A DNA stretch of 64,000 nucleotides, from the NCBI GenBank assembly GCA_963817385.1, contig CAWFOM010000027.1:29962-93961 (forward strand), read 5' to 3'. A program made the position numbers and the translations under genes. This DNA comes from an uncultured delta proteobacterium. GTDB lineage: Bacteria; Desulfobacterota; Syntrophia; Syntrophales; UBA5619. The notes under the pieces are model-generated. The model saw only the letters and a program-made list of their open reading frames with translations, had not been told where the DNA came from and did not search any database. The stretch's first letter is position 1. Every line of letters begins with the position of its first letter. Positions 31,785-42,365 of this stretch are shown in pieces.

Positions 31785-32001
31785 AAGAGCCTCCTGGGGG
31801 TATTGTGCCAGAAAACTCTACTTTTGACATGTCTACTTTTTGGGGAAGCTTACGCCTTTATGTGCCGTTATTGCCTGTTATTAAAAGAGTTTTACACTGA
31901 ATAGTCAAACAGCCATGATTTCAAGCTAGTATAACATACATACTATTAGTAGTGTAAGTATTTCTTGCAATATACCATATCTTGTGGTAAGAATAACCAA
32001 T

Positions 32002-32077
32002 AAAAAAGCCCCAATATATGAGATCGGGGCTAGAACCGGGTAAAAATCACCCGTGCAGTGGTTTTGGAAGACGTCTA
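32002..32077 (-). ncRNA. putative small RNA
   Basis: Minus-strand TTGACA (32113-32108), 18 bp, TATGCT (32089-32084); internal CGGGT/ACCCG hairpin; terminator AGCCCCGAT..ATTGGGGCT-TTTTT; no ORF. Confidence 0.5.
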
Positions 32078-32172
32078 AAGCCTAGCATACGGGAAAATCC
32101 CACCCCATGTCAAGCAGAAGACTCTTTCCTCGGGCGATTTTTAAATCTGACCGGGGAAGGGGTGGTGATAGA

Positions 32173-32271
32173 ATGCCTGCAAAACCAGTAAAGAAAGCAG
32201 CTGTGAAGAAAGTAGCAGCTAAAAAACCAGCAGTTAAGAAACCAGCGGCAAAGGTAACTAAGAAGAAATAG
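32173..32271 (+). CDS. histone H1-like Lys/Ala/Pro-rich micropeptide (32 aa)
   Basis: MPAKPVKKAAVKKVAAKKPAVKKPAAKVTKKK; SD-like GGGGTGGTGA; terminator directly after. Confidence 0.7.
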   Translation: MPAKPVKKAAVKKVAAKKPAVKKPAAKVTKKK

Positions 32272-32280
32272 CCATTTAGC

Positions 32281-32315
32281 AGGGGCTCTGTCCATGACGG
32301 GCAGGGCCTCTTTTT
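32281..32315 (+). terminator. intrinsic terminator after the micropeptide
   Basis: AGGGGCTCTGTCC-atgac-GGGCAGGGCCTCT-TTTT. Confidence 0.75.
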
Positions 32316-32398
32316 ATTTGAGCTTGACTAATATTTGCAGAGCCACTTCGATCCGGCCTCTCCGTTGAAAATCAATATTTTATTCTTTTAACGTTGAG

Positions 32399-32561
32399 TG
32401 GATATACCTTATCCAACTGGATAGCTAAGATGGATACTTATTATCCACTATTTCTCCTGATGATGAGAAGAATAGGCATCGATGGACTCGACCATTTAGT
32501 AAATATTTAATTAATTTCGCTTAGGTATATTGCTTATCGAGCTCCTGGTACAGCAAATGCA
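32399..32561 (+). promoter_or_regulatory. ZraR-type enhancer copy plus sigma-54 promoter
   Basis: 32399-32447 is 39/49 identical to 6043-6091; TGGTACAGCAAATGCA (GG-N10-GC) at 32546-32561, with nearly the same spacing as at zraP. Confidence 0.7.
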
Positions 32562-32631
32562 GTACAGAGCTAAAACGAAATAAATTAAAAAGTAGAATAA
32601 TCACGTCAACGATTAAAGAAGGGGTAAGCAA

Positions 32632-33766
32632 ATGCAGATAAGAAGTCTCAAGAGCAGAGCAGTTTCCATTGTCCTTTTGATCATGGTGACCTTCGTCTGC
32701 AAGCCCAACTCTGTTGAAGGAGCGTCCGTTATACGTACTGACAAGGAGATCTATAATCAAGGTGAAGTGATCAGAGTATATTTTTCGAACGCGCCAGGTT
32801 TTGACAGTGATTGGATGTGTATAGTACCTGCAGGTTCTCCAGATACTGATGCCGGAGACTATAAATACATGCCCGCGAGATCGGGTCAGGGTTTCCTAAT
32901 CTTTGATCCTCGCTCTCCGGGAGAATACGAAGTGAGGGCTTATTACAACTATAGGCGAAACGGATACGTGGTATCCGGACGTTATGCCTTTTCGGTGGTG
33001 AGCGATCCTATTAATGACCAGGCATTGTCTCAGAGTATGGAACCGACAGAACCTGACGACTTCTTAGAGACCAACCTCCCTCCACCGATTCCGTTTGCCG
33101 CACCGCCCGAGTTGATCGTGCTGCCCGAGACGTATGTCTACGTCGCTCCTGATGTAGACGTGGACATATTCTTCTACAATGGTTGGTGGTGGCGTCCGTG
33201 GGGAGGACATTGGTATCGCTCTCGTTATTATAACCGGGGTTGGGGTTATTATAACAGCGTCCCAAGATTCTATTTTGATATAGACCCAGGTTGGAGAGGA
33301 TACTATAGAGACCGTAATTGGTACGGGCACAGGTGGGACTATCAACGGATCCCTAATCAACGACTGCAACAGAACTGGAAGCGCTGGCAAAATGATCGAC
33401 GTTGGGAAAGGCAGGGGACTTGGGGCGTCCAGAACTATAAACCTCGGCCACAACAACAGAGACAGGAACTAAGACAACAAAGGCAACAGCAATATCAACA
33501 GAGACCTGAAGTTCAGCGGCTGCAGAGACAGCCTCAGGTTCAGCAGCCGCAGAGATTGCCTGAGGTTCAGCAGCCACAGAGATTGCCTGCAGTTCAGCAG
33601 CCGCAGAGACAACCTCAGGTTCAGCGTCCGCAAAGACAGCCTGAGGTTCAACAGCCACAGAGACAGCCTGAGGTTCAAGCAGCCGCAGAGATTGCCTGAG
33701 GCTCAGCGTCCGCAGAGACAGTCTCAAGAAAAACCAGACAGAGGGGAGGTAGAGCGTGGAAGGTAG
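32632..33766 (+). CDS. secreted protein: Ig-like domain, Trp/Tyr-rich region and Q-rich repeat tail (apparent frameshift near 33678)
   Basis: Signal peptide; ORF 32632-33699 leaves the repeat frame at an extra A (GTTCAAGCAGCC); the repeat frame continues to TAG at 33766. Confidence 0.7.
33499..33721 (+). repeat. 27-bp tandem repeat encoding (Q/L)PEVQQPQR, about 8 copies
   Basis: Degenerate CAGCCTGAGGTTCAGCAGCCGCAGAGA units, in frame within the gene. Confidence 0.85.
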
Positions 33767-33903
33767 GATGACGGAATCCACTGCCTTCCGATTCTTTATC
33801 AACGGATAGAACACTGTTTTGAAACCTTTGTGAGTTTATGATAAGCATGTCTCACGTCAGTAAGGATTCTGGTGACCTTACGTCCAACAGAGATCAAGGG
33901 GCT

Positions 33904-35101
33904 ATGATAAAAGTATTTCGGACAAGATTAGAAGTGATTCTGGCACTGGTTTTCGGATCGATGCTGTTTTTTCTTATTCCCGGCTCCGCCCTGTTCGCGG
34001 CGGGTGATCCCGATAAAAGTGCAACCCAGGCCGGGTGGAATGAGGGGATAGATTATCTCGCGGCCCTGCTCACGAGCAAGGAGACGTCTCTTGATGTCAA
34101 GAAAGTATCCGGTCTGCTCGATTTCGTGGTTTCGGAAAAAGGGGCTGATGCAAACCTGAATCCGGGCAAACGCGAAAACGCGACCGGGGCTTACTTTTTT
34201 TGCGACGTCAAGGCTCCCTTGTCCAAGGTCGTCAATTACGCGTACAATCCAAAGATCCCGGCCTATGCCACTCTCCCCTCGGTTATCCGCCTTGGCGGCT
34301 GGCGGGTCAAACCGGCCGGCCCGTTTGACAATTTGTGGGAAAAGGTCGGGAAGGTGCAAGAGCCGCTTATCATCCGGGGCGTTGAGTATGAGGAAATCAC
34401 CCCGGACCTGACCACGGGTACTTACTATCGCTATGATATGGACCGGCTGATGGTCCTGCTGAACTATCGGGGAAAGGATTTTTTCCTCTCCGTGACCCGT
34501 CAGAAGAATCCCTCCACCGTGGGCCGGAAAGGTGCGATAATCGGTCCGGATACGAACTGGAATTATTTCTATTCCGGGACAAAAGGGTGTGAACAAAGCC
34601 GGCCTCGGCTGGGTCAGCTCCTATATGTACGACGCCTTTTCGGTCTCGATACTGTTTGAGCCCGGTGCATCCAAAGCCCAGACTCGCTATGTGTCCTTCA
34701 AATGGCTCAGAGCCGGCTGGGGGGGGATAAACATGGTCAGCCGGGAAAATATCATCGAGGGCTGCAAACGCTTTGCCTCCGGTTTCAAAATGATCCTGGA
34801 ATCCCCGCAGCTCCCCGATGCCGAACAGTTTATAGACATGTATGCCAAGATCAAGAGTCTGCCGGATCAGGAATTGATCACGCGGCTGCAACCGATCGGG
34901 AAGGCGTTGAAAATACTTCGCCGAACAGATCCCGCCCTCTCAAACGGCGATTTTCAGGAGATGATCGAGAGCGGGCAATACATTGGCGGCATGAGCCGGG
35001 AAGAGCGGGAGAATCTACTGATGTCCGAATTTGTAAAGCTCGCAGTCGGCAAGAAGTCCTTTCTTGACAGAGTTACCCTGATTGATGCTGTGGAGTTGTA
35101 G
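33904..35101 (+). CDS. exported hypothetical protein split by a frameshift near 34590
   Basis: ORFs 33838-34659 and 34589-35101 join as NYFYSGTKG/VNKAGLGWV; N-terminal signal-like segment. Confidence 0.65.
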
Positions 35102-35419
35102 GCGTACACAAGTCAGAAATTATTGATATTTTATCAAGTCCATCCTTATTGACAACAAATACCTAAGCGAGAGGTTAGTTAATAGGACTAATTCATTGAA
35201 TTCGATTAGAAAGATGCAACCACTGGGAAAGTTGTCAGTAGCTATCTATTCACCTTCCAGAATCTGTCACTCATATGCCTACTCTATAGGCTCCTATACT
35301 TTGAATAGAAACAATTAGTTCTTGAATTAATGACCTTGACCTGAGGTGCAATTTACTCTATAGTCCGCACGCTACCCGGAATTCCGATCAGATGATTTGC
35401 TTTAAGATAAGGAACCAGC

Positions 35420-37778
35420 ATGACTCTATCGGAAGCCGACACATCGCGAAAATTCATCATCCCCAAGCTGCAGGCTTCCGGCTGGGACGACGATCCACAC
35501 TCCATTGCCGAACAGCGATCGATCACGGATGGCCGCATTGTTCCGGCCGGCAAGGGCTTTGTTCGCAAGCCACCTAAGCGCGTCGATTATCTTCTCCGTT
35601 ATGAGCGCAATTTCCCCCTAGCAATTGTCGAAGCCAAGGCGGCTTGGAAGACTGCGGGTGATGGGCTTCAACAGGCGAAGGAATACGCCGAGATGCTCGG
35701 GCTTAAATTCGCCTATGCGACCAATGGCCTGGAGATTATCGAGTTCGATTATCTGACCGGAAAAGAAACGATCATTACGGCCTACCCGACACCTACCGAT
35801 TTGTGGGCACGCTATCGGGCTGGCAAAGGCCTTTCCAGCGACACGGTTGCCGCGCATCTGACCACTCCGATGAATCACGCCGTCGGCAAAGGCGAGCGTT
35901 ATTACCAGGAAATCGCGATCAACCGGACCGTCGAAGGGATCCTCACCGGCCACCGCCGCCAGTTGCTCACCATGGCGACCGGCACGGGCAAAACGGCCGT
36001 GGCCTTTCAGATCTGCTGGAAACTTTGGAACGCACGCTGGAACCGGAACGGCGAATACCGGCGACCTAAAATTCTCTATCTGGCCGACCGCAACATCCTC
36101 ATCGATCAACCCAAGGATCGCATGTTCGCCTCATTCGGCGATGCCCGGTGGAAGATTGAAGGCGGTGTTGTCAATCTGGGCAGGGAAATGTATTTTGCGA
36201 TTTACCAGGCCATTGCCCGAGACGAGCACCGGCCGGGTTTATACCGAGAATTTCCGAGGGACTTTTTCGATCTCATCATTGTGGATGAGTGCCACCGGGG
36301 CAGCGCCCGTGACGATTCCAACTGGCGTGAAATCCTCACCTGGTTCGAACCGGCCTATCAACTCGGCATGACCGCAACACCCCTTCGTGAGGACAACCGC
36401 GACACCTATCTCTACTTCGGCAATCCGATCTACGAATACAGCCTCCGCCAGGGGATTGAAGACGGCTTTCTGGCGCCTTACCGAGTCCACCGGGTCATCA
36501 CGGAATGGGATGCCGCAGGGTGGCGACCGTCGAAGGAAGACCTGGACCGTTACGGCCGCGCCATTCCCGACGACGAGTATCAGACAAAGGACTTTGAGCG
36601 AGTCGTGGCGCTTCTGGCCAGAACCGAAGCCATCGCCGGCCATCTGTCGAACTTTCTCAAGAAGACGGACCGATTTGCCAAGACCATCGTCTTCTGTGTT
36701 GACCAGGAGCATGCTGATGTAATGCGCCGGGCTTTGGCGAATCTCAATGCAGATCTCGTCAAGGATCACCCGGACTATGTCTGCCGAGTGACCTCCAACG
36801 AAGGGGACGTAGGCCGTGGCCACCTAGGGCGCTTTCAGGACGTTGAGTCTCAAACACCTGTCATCCTGACCACGTCTCAACTGCTAACGACCGGGGTGGA
36901 CATCCCCACATGCAAAAACATCGTCTTGGCACGCGTCGTCGGCTCGGTGTGCGAGTTCAAACAGATCATCGGGCGCGGCACCCGCGTGCGCGACGATTAC
37001 GGCAAACTCTGGTTCAATATCGTCGATTACACCGGCTCCGCCACGCGCCAGTTTGCCGATCCGGATTTCGACGGCGACCCGGCCCGTCTCACCGAAGAAG
37101 AGATGGTCCAAGGGGTAACGATTGGAGAAATCCGGGAAGACGAGCCGCCTGAAATAATCGATAACTTACCCCCGGGTGGTGTCATCGAGCCACCCTCCGA
37201 GGAGCGACGCAAATTTTACTTCGATGGCGGTCGCGTCGAGATCGCAGCGCACCTGGTCTATGAACTCGACACGGATGGAAAGCAATTGCGGGTGATTCGG
37301 TACACCGATTATGCGGCGGAGAAGGTTCGCAGCCTCTGCCCCTCGGCGCCGGAGCTTCGCGCTCGCTGGGCCGATCCCCAAGGACGTTCCGAGATCATCG
37401 AGCGACTGGCCGAGCGGGGTGTCAATTTCGAGGACCTGGCCGACGCCGCCGGGCAGTTGGAGGCCGATCCTTTCGACTTGCTCTGCCACTTTGCCTTCAA
37501 CGCACCGTTGCGCACCCGGCGGGAACGCGCACAGATGCTCCAGCGTGAAAGGAAAGGACTTCTTCGAACGCTTCGGTCCCGAGGCGCGAGCCATCCTCGA
37601 AGAGCTCCTGGAAAAGTATGCCGAACATGGGGACGCCCAGTTCATCCTGCCGGATGTTCTCAAAGTACCGCCCATTTCCGGCCATGGTCAACCTTCCGAG
37701 ATCATCACCCTGTTCGGCGGACCGGAACCACTCCGCCAAGCCGTAACCGAGCTTCAGAATCTCCTTTATGCAGCATAG
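35420..37778 (+). CDS. hsdR: type I restriction enzyme R subunit, EcoEI/EcoAI-like (frameshift near 37551)
   Basis: VDYLL..IVEAK nuclease motif, MATGTGKT, DECHRGS, QIIGRGTR; C-terminus continues in ORF 37311-37778. Confidence 0.9.
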
Positions 37779-37792
37779 TAGAAAGGCATTAG

Positions 37793-39364
37793 ATGGCACG
37801 AACCACCAAGAAAACAGACCCATCCCAGACCACCACCCAGTCCCTCGGCAGCCTGCTTAAATCCGCCCGCGACATCATGCGCAAAGACAAAGGTCTCAAT
37901 GGCGACCTTGACCGGCTGCCGATGCTGACCTGGATTATGTTTCTCAAGTTCCTCGATGACCTGGAGCTTCAGCGGGAGGCAGAGGCCACCCTTGCCGGTA
38001 AGCGCTTTCGACCGGCCATCGAACCACCCTACCGTTGGCGCGACTGGGCCGCCAGCCCCCAAGGCGTCACCGGTGATGAACTGCTCGCCTTCATCAACCA
38101 AGAAGAGTGCACCCGACCCGACGGCACCCGCGGCCCGGGGCTTTTTGCTTACTTGCGACGGCTCACCAGTTCCAACGGCGACGACCGCCGCGAGGTGATT
38201 GCTACCGTTTTTTCGGGGTCCAGAACCGCATGGTCAGCGGCTATCTCTTGCGTGATGTCATCAACAAGGTCGCAGGAATCCACTTCACCGCCACAAGCGA
38301 ACTCCATACCCTGGGGGCGCTCTACGAAGCAATGCTTCGCGAGATGCGTGACGCTGCCGGTGATTCGGGAGAGTTCTACACCCCACGTCCTGTTGTACGC
38401 TTCATGGTGACGGTCGCCAATCCAAAGCTTGGCGAGACTGTCCTTGATCCGGCCTCCGGTACCGGCGGGTTTCTCGTTGAATCTTATAACCATCTCGCCG
38501 GACAGGTCAAAACCGTGGCCGATCGCCGGATACTCCAGGATAAATCTCTTTTCGGTTGCGAGCCAAAACCCCTGCCGTATCTTCTTTGCCAGATGAACCT
38601 CCTCCTCCACGGCCTCGATGCTCCGCAGGATCGATCCGGGCAACTCGCTGCGCTTCAAGCTCACAGAGATCGGCGAGAAGGAACGCGTGGACTTGATCGT
38701 GACCAATCCGCCCTTTGGCGGTGAAGAGGAAAAAGGGATCCAGGGAAACTTCCCCGATGACAAGCAAACAGCCGAGACTGCGCTCCTCTTCCTGCAACTC
38801 ATCATGCGCAAGCTGCGCCGCGGAACAACTTCAGCAGGAAGGCCCGCCCGCGCCGCCGTTGTCGTCCCCAACGGAACCCTCTTTGGAGACGGCGTCTGCG
38901 CCCGGATCAAAGAGGAACTCCTAAAGGAATTTAACCTCCACACCATCGTCCGTTTGCCGAACGGTGTTTTTTCGCCCTACACCTCTATACCGACGAACCT
39001 TCTCTTCTTTGATCGTTCCGGACCGACAAAAGAGATCTGGTATTACGAACACCCCCTTCCCGAAGGACGGAAGAACTACACCAAGACGCAGCCCATCCAG
39101 TTCGAAGAGTTTGCAGAGTGCATCGCCTGGTGGGAGAAACGTGTGGAGAATGACCGCGCCTGGAAGGTACCGGTGGGAGAGATTCTCAAGTACAATGGCG
39201 AGAGGCGTCTTGCCTCAGTGAACCTCGACATTAAAAATCCTAAAGGCAAGGAGGATGTCGCGCACCTGCCGCCGGAACAATTGGTGGCGAGTATCCTGGA
39301 GAAGGAGCACCGTATCGTCGAGATCGTCAGACGGATCAAGGCCATCCTAGAGAAACAGTCATGA
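37793..39364 (+). CDS. hsdM: type I R-M methyltransferase (frameshifts near 38210 and 38628)
   Basis: ARDIMRKD, GEFYTPR, LDPASGTGGFL and TNPPFGG spread over three overlapping ORFs. Confidence 0.9.
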
Positions 39365-40614
39365 GAAAGACAGACCAACCGAAGCTCGCGCGAGAGGCAC
39401 AGCAATTGACAAAGAATTGGCCAAAGGTAAGGCTAGGAGCTGTACTGACACGTTCGACAGAAACTACAGAGCTTAGACCTGACGTCGAGTACCGTGAGAT
39501 CACGGTTCGACTATGGGGTAAAGGCGTTCTTGAGCGCGGTCGGGTGATCGGGGCTGAGATAGCGGGGGGGCGACGTTTTACAGCGCGGTCAGGACAATTC
39601 ATCGCCTCAAGGATTGATGCACGTAACGGAGCAATGGGAATTGTCCCGGACTCCCTTGATGGGGCTGTTGTCACCAACGATTTCCCCTTGTTCAACCTGA
39701 ACGTTGATCGTCTTCTTCCTTCTTACATCGGTTGGTTATGTCGGACAAACAGCTTCGTGGAGCTTTGCCAACGTGCAAGTGAAGGTACGACCAACCGGGT
39801 ACGTCTTCAGGAAAACAGATTTTTGGCATTGGAAATCCCCTTCCCGCCGTTAGCTGAGCAGCGGCGGATTGTGGCGCGGATAGAGGAACTGGCCGCCCAA
39901 ATTAATGAAGCCAGTGCTCTCCGTCAGCAAGCGATGAAAGAATCTGAGATGCTATACATGGCGCAGTTGGCACTAACCATGAGTCCACATGGAAATGGTT
40001 GGGTCCAAGAGACGGTAGCCGATGTCATCGTTTCGCTGGATGCTGGCTGGAGTCCTCAATGTGACAATATTCCCGCTGATGAAAACCAATGGGGTGTCTT
40101 GAAAACTACATCTGTACAATGGTGTGAATTCCGTCCATACGAGAATAAAGTGTTGCCACCAACGCTCACCCCAATTTCAAAACTGGCTGTGGTGAAAGGC
40201 GATATCCTCGTAACACGTGCTGGGCCAAGAAAAAGGGTCGGAGTAGTTGCTGCAGTCCGTCGAGACGAACCTCGGCTGACGATCTCCGATAAACTAATTC
40301 GCCTCCGCACAAACACTCAGAAGATTGAGCCACGATTTCTTGAACTATCGTTGGCATCGCCGTTTTCACAAGAGCATCTGATAAAGCGGAAAACGGGACT
40401 AGCGGATGCACAAGTTAACATTTCACAAGCGATTCTTCTGGCAACACCGGTTGCGTATCCCCCACTTCCCGAGCAGTGCCAAATCATAGACACCCTCGAC
40501 ACTTTAAAAACGGAGCTAGACAGACTCAAACTTTCACAGGCTCAAACCGCCACTGAGCTGGGCGCCCTTTTGCCCGCCATTCTCGATCGTGCCTTCAAAG
40601 GAGAACTATTATGA
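39361..40614 (+). CDS. hsdS: type I R-M specificity subunit
   Basis: Two TRDs with conserved PPLAEQRRIV and PPLPEQ..I regions, ends AFKGEL. Confidence 0.9.
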   Translation: MRKTDQPKLAREAQQLTKNWPKVRLGAVLTRSTETTELRPDVEYREITVRLWGKGVLERGRVIGAEIAGGRRFTARSGQFIASRIDARNGAMGIVPDSLDGAVVTNDFPLFNLNVDRLLPSYIGWLCRTNSFVELCQRASEGTTNRVRLQENRFLALEIPFPPLAEQRRIVARIEELAAQINEASALRQQAMKESEMLYMAQLALTMSPHGNGWVQETVADVIVSLDAGWSPQCDNIPADENQWGVLKTTSVQWCEFRPYENKVLPPTLTPISKLAVVKGDILVTRAGPRKRVGVVAAVRRDEPRLTISDKLIRLRTNTQKIEPRFLELSLASPFSQEHLIKRKTGLADAQVNISQAILLATPVAYPPLPEQCQIIDTLDTLKTELDRLKLSQAQTATELGALLPAILDRAFKGELL

Positions 40615-41627
40615 GCACCAAAGACACAGCTATTTGGGGGATTCATGCAGGTAAGACTGGTGATGCCGATGCCTTGTTTCTCAAAAAGCACGTCATTGCC
40701 ATTGGCTGGATGAAGATGGGTGATCTTTCCACACTTAAGGCAGATAGAGAAGTCTTTAAAACAAAAGTATTGGAAGCATATCCCGACAAAAAACCCGGGG
40801 CAATACCTAACACTGCGGGACAGCTATTTCGCTTTGTCCATGAAATGAAACTGGGTGATCTCATCGTCTATCCCTCCAAACAGGGCCATCAGATTCACCT
40901 CGGCGAGATTACGGGCCATTACTCTTATGATCCGAAAACCGAACCGAGCTACCCCAATTTGCGATCAGTCAAATGGCTGCGGGTACTCCCGCGAACCCAT
41001 TTCACACAGGGTGCCCTCTATGAAATTGGCTCAGCCCTCAGCCTTTTTCTGGTGAAGAATTATGCGGACGAGTTCCGCATTGCCATTGAAGGGAAGGCAG
41101 CCCCGACACCGGTGGCCCAGGACGAATCGGTCGCTGCCGTGGCCGACGGCATTGAGGAGACAACCCAAGATTTTATCATTAAGCGACTTGCTCAGGAAGT
41201 GAAGGGCCACCCCTTCGCCGAGTTCATTGCCCATCTGCTGAACACGATGGGGTATCAAACACGTGTTTCTCCGGAGGGGCCGGACGGCGGTGTAGACATT
41301 ATCGCCCACAAGGATGAGCTGGGATTCGAACCGCCGATCATCAAGGTGCAGGTTAAAAGCACAGAAGGCAGCATAGGCGAACCGATTGTATCAGCGCTCT
41401 GCGGCAAAGTGGGACCTGGAGAGCACGGGTTATTGGTGACTCTCGGCAGCTTCACACCAGCAGCCAAAAACTTCGCCAGGGGCAAAACCAACCTGCGGCT
41501 GATTGATGGTGAGGAACTTGTAAAGCTCATTCTTGCACACTACGACCAATTTGAATCACGTTATAAAGGGCTCATTCCGCTACGACGTGTCTTCGTGCCG
41601 GAGGCGCTGAAGGACGTGGACGAGTGA
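40611..41627 (+). CDS. Mrr-like (type IV) restriction endonuclease
   Basis: Mrr_cat motif GPDGGVDIIA...VQVKS and LIDGEEL; translationally coupled to hsdS. Confidence 0.85.
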   Translation: MSTKDTAIWGIHAGKTGDADALFLKKHVIAIGWMKMGDLSTLKADREVFKTKVLEAYPDKKPGAIPNTAGQLFRFVHEMKLGDLIVYPSKQGHQIHLGEITGHYSYDPKTEPSYPNLRSVKWLRVLPRTHFTQGALYEIGSALSLFLVKNYADEFRIAIEGKAAPTPVAQDESVAAVADGIEETTQDFIIKRLAQEVKGHPFAEFIAHLLNTMGYQTRVSPEGPDGGVDIIAHKDELGFEPPIIKVQVKSTEGSIGEPIVSALCGKVGPGEHGLLVTLGSFTPAAKNFARGKTNLRLIDGEELVKLILAHYDQFESRYKGLIPLRRVFVPEALKDVDE

Positions 41628-41796
41628 ATCTATAACTTTTTGAATGGCATTAATGACTGGCGGTAATTTTATTCGCATGATTGGGATGTAAGCACACGAA
41701 TGATATATTGACAGATACGGACATATTATGTAACACTGTAACTATACGCTGGAACCCAGATTTCATTCGATTGCATCATGCTAAGGGGGTGAATGA

Positions 41797-42363
41797 TTGA
41801 TACCCGGTCATAGTATATCTGGAGTTCTACCACCTTTCCTCCCGAATTTTAACCCCGCTCAATCGGCAGCGATGTCACCGTACCAAGTAACCCTGATGGA
41901 AGTAGCTGAAAAATTCGTAATAAGCGCAGAAAGGGCAAGAATATTTAGGGGCTTCCTAAATTTTAGAAACGAACTAAAGAAGGAAGGCTTTATCCATGGC
42001 TTCCAATGGATCGACGGCAGCTTTGTCGAAGACTGCGAGGCAAATAGAAATCGGCCGCCTGAAGATATAGATGTAACAACATTCTCACCACGGCCAGATA
42101 AACTTTGTGATGTGAATATTTGGAAGACATTTATAATTTCAAGGCCGGATCTATTTGACCCACTACAGACGAAAAAGAGTTTCATGTGCCATGCTTCATT
42201 TGTCGATTTACGGATACATCCTATAGCATTGGTTAACCAGACGAAATATTGGTTCGGCTTGTTCTCTCATCAACGAATTACGTTGTTGTGGAAAGGCATG
42301 CTAGAAGTTCAGATGCAAGAGGATGATTTGGAAGCCCAAAACTTCATGCAAAGATGGGTCTGA
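41797..42363 (+). CDS. Pol-beta-like nucleotidyltransferase-fold protein (DUF6932-like)
   Basis: WIDGSFVE...PEDIDV resembles the hG[GS]...DhD NTase signature; family label is from recollection, not a search. Confidence 0.6.
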   Translation: MIPGHSISGVLPPFLPNFNPAQSAAMSPYQVTLMEVAEKFVISAERARIFRGFLNFRNELKKEGFIHGFQWIDGSFVEDCEANRNRPPEDIDVTTFSPRPDKLCDVNIWKTFIISRPDLFDPLQTKKSFMCHASFVDLRIHPIALVNQTKYWFGLFSHQRITLLWKGMLEVQMQEDDLEAQNFMQRWV

Positions 42364-42365
42364 GT

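Larger units (their letters stand above)
30659..31854 (-). mobile_element. IS3-family insertion sequence, about 1.2 kb
   Basis: Imperfect ~47 bp terminal inverted repeats starting CGTAAGCTTCCC; orfA/orfB with an A8 slippery run at 31524-31531; no clear target duplication. Confidence 0.9.

Noticed and set aside
33499..33721. Possible CRISPR array
   Set aside because: Contiguous in-frame 27-bp coding repeats with no unique spacers and no cas genes.
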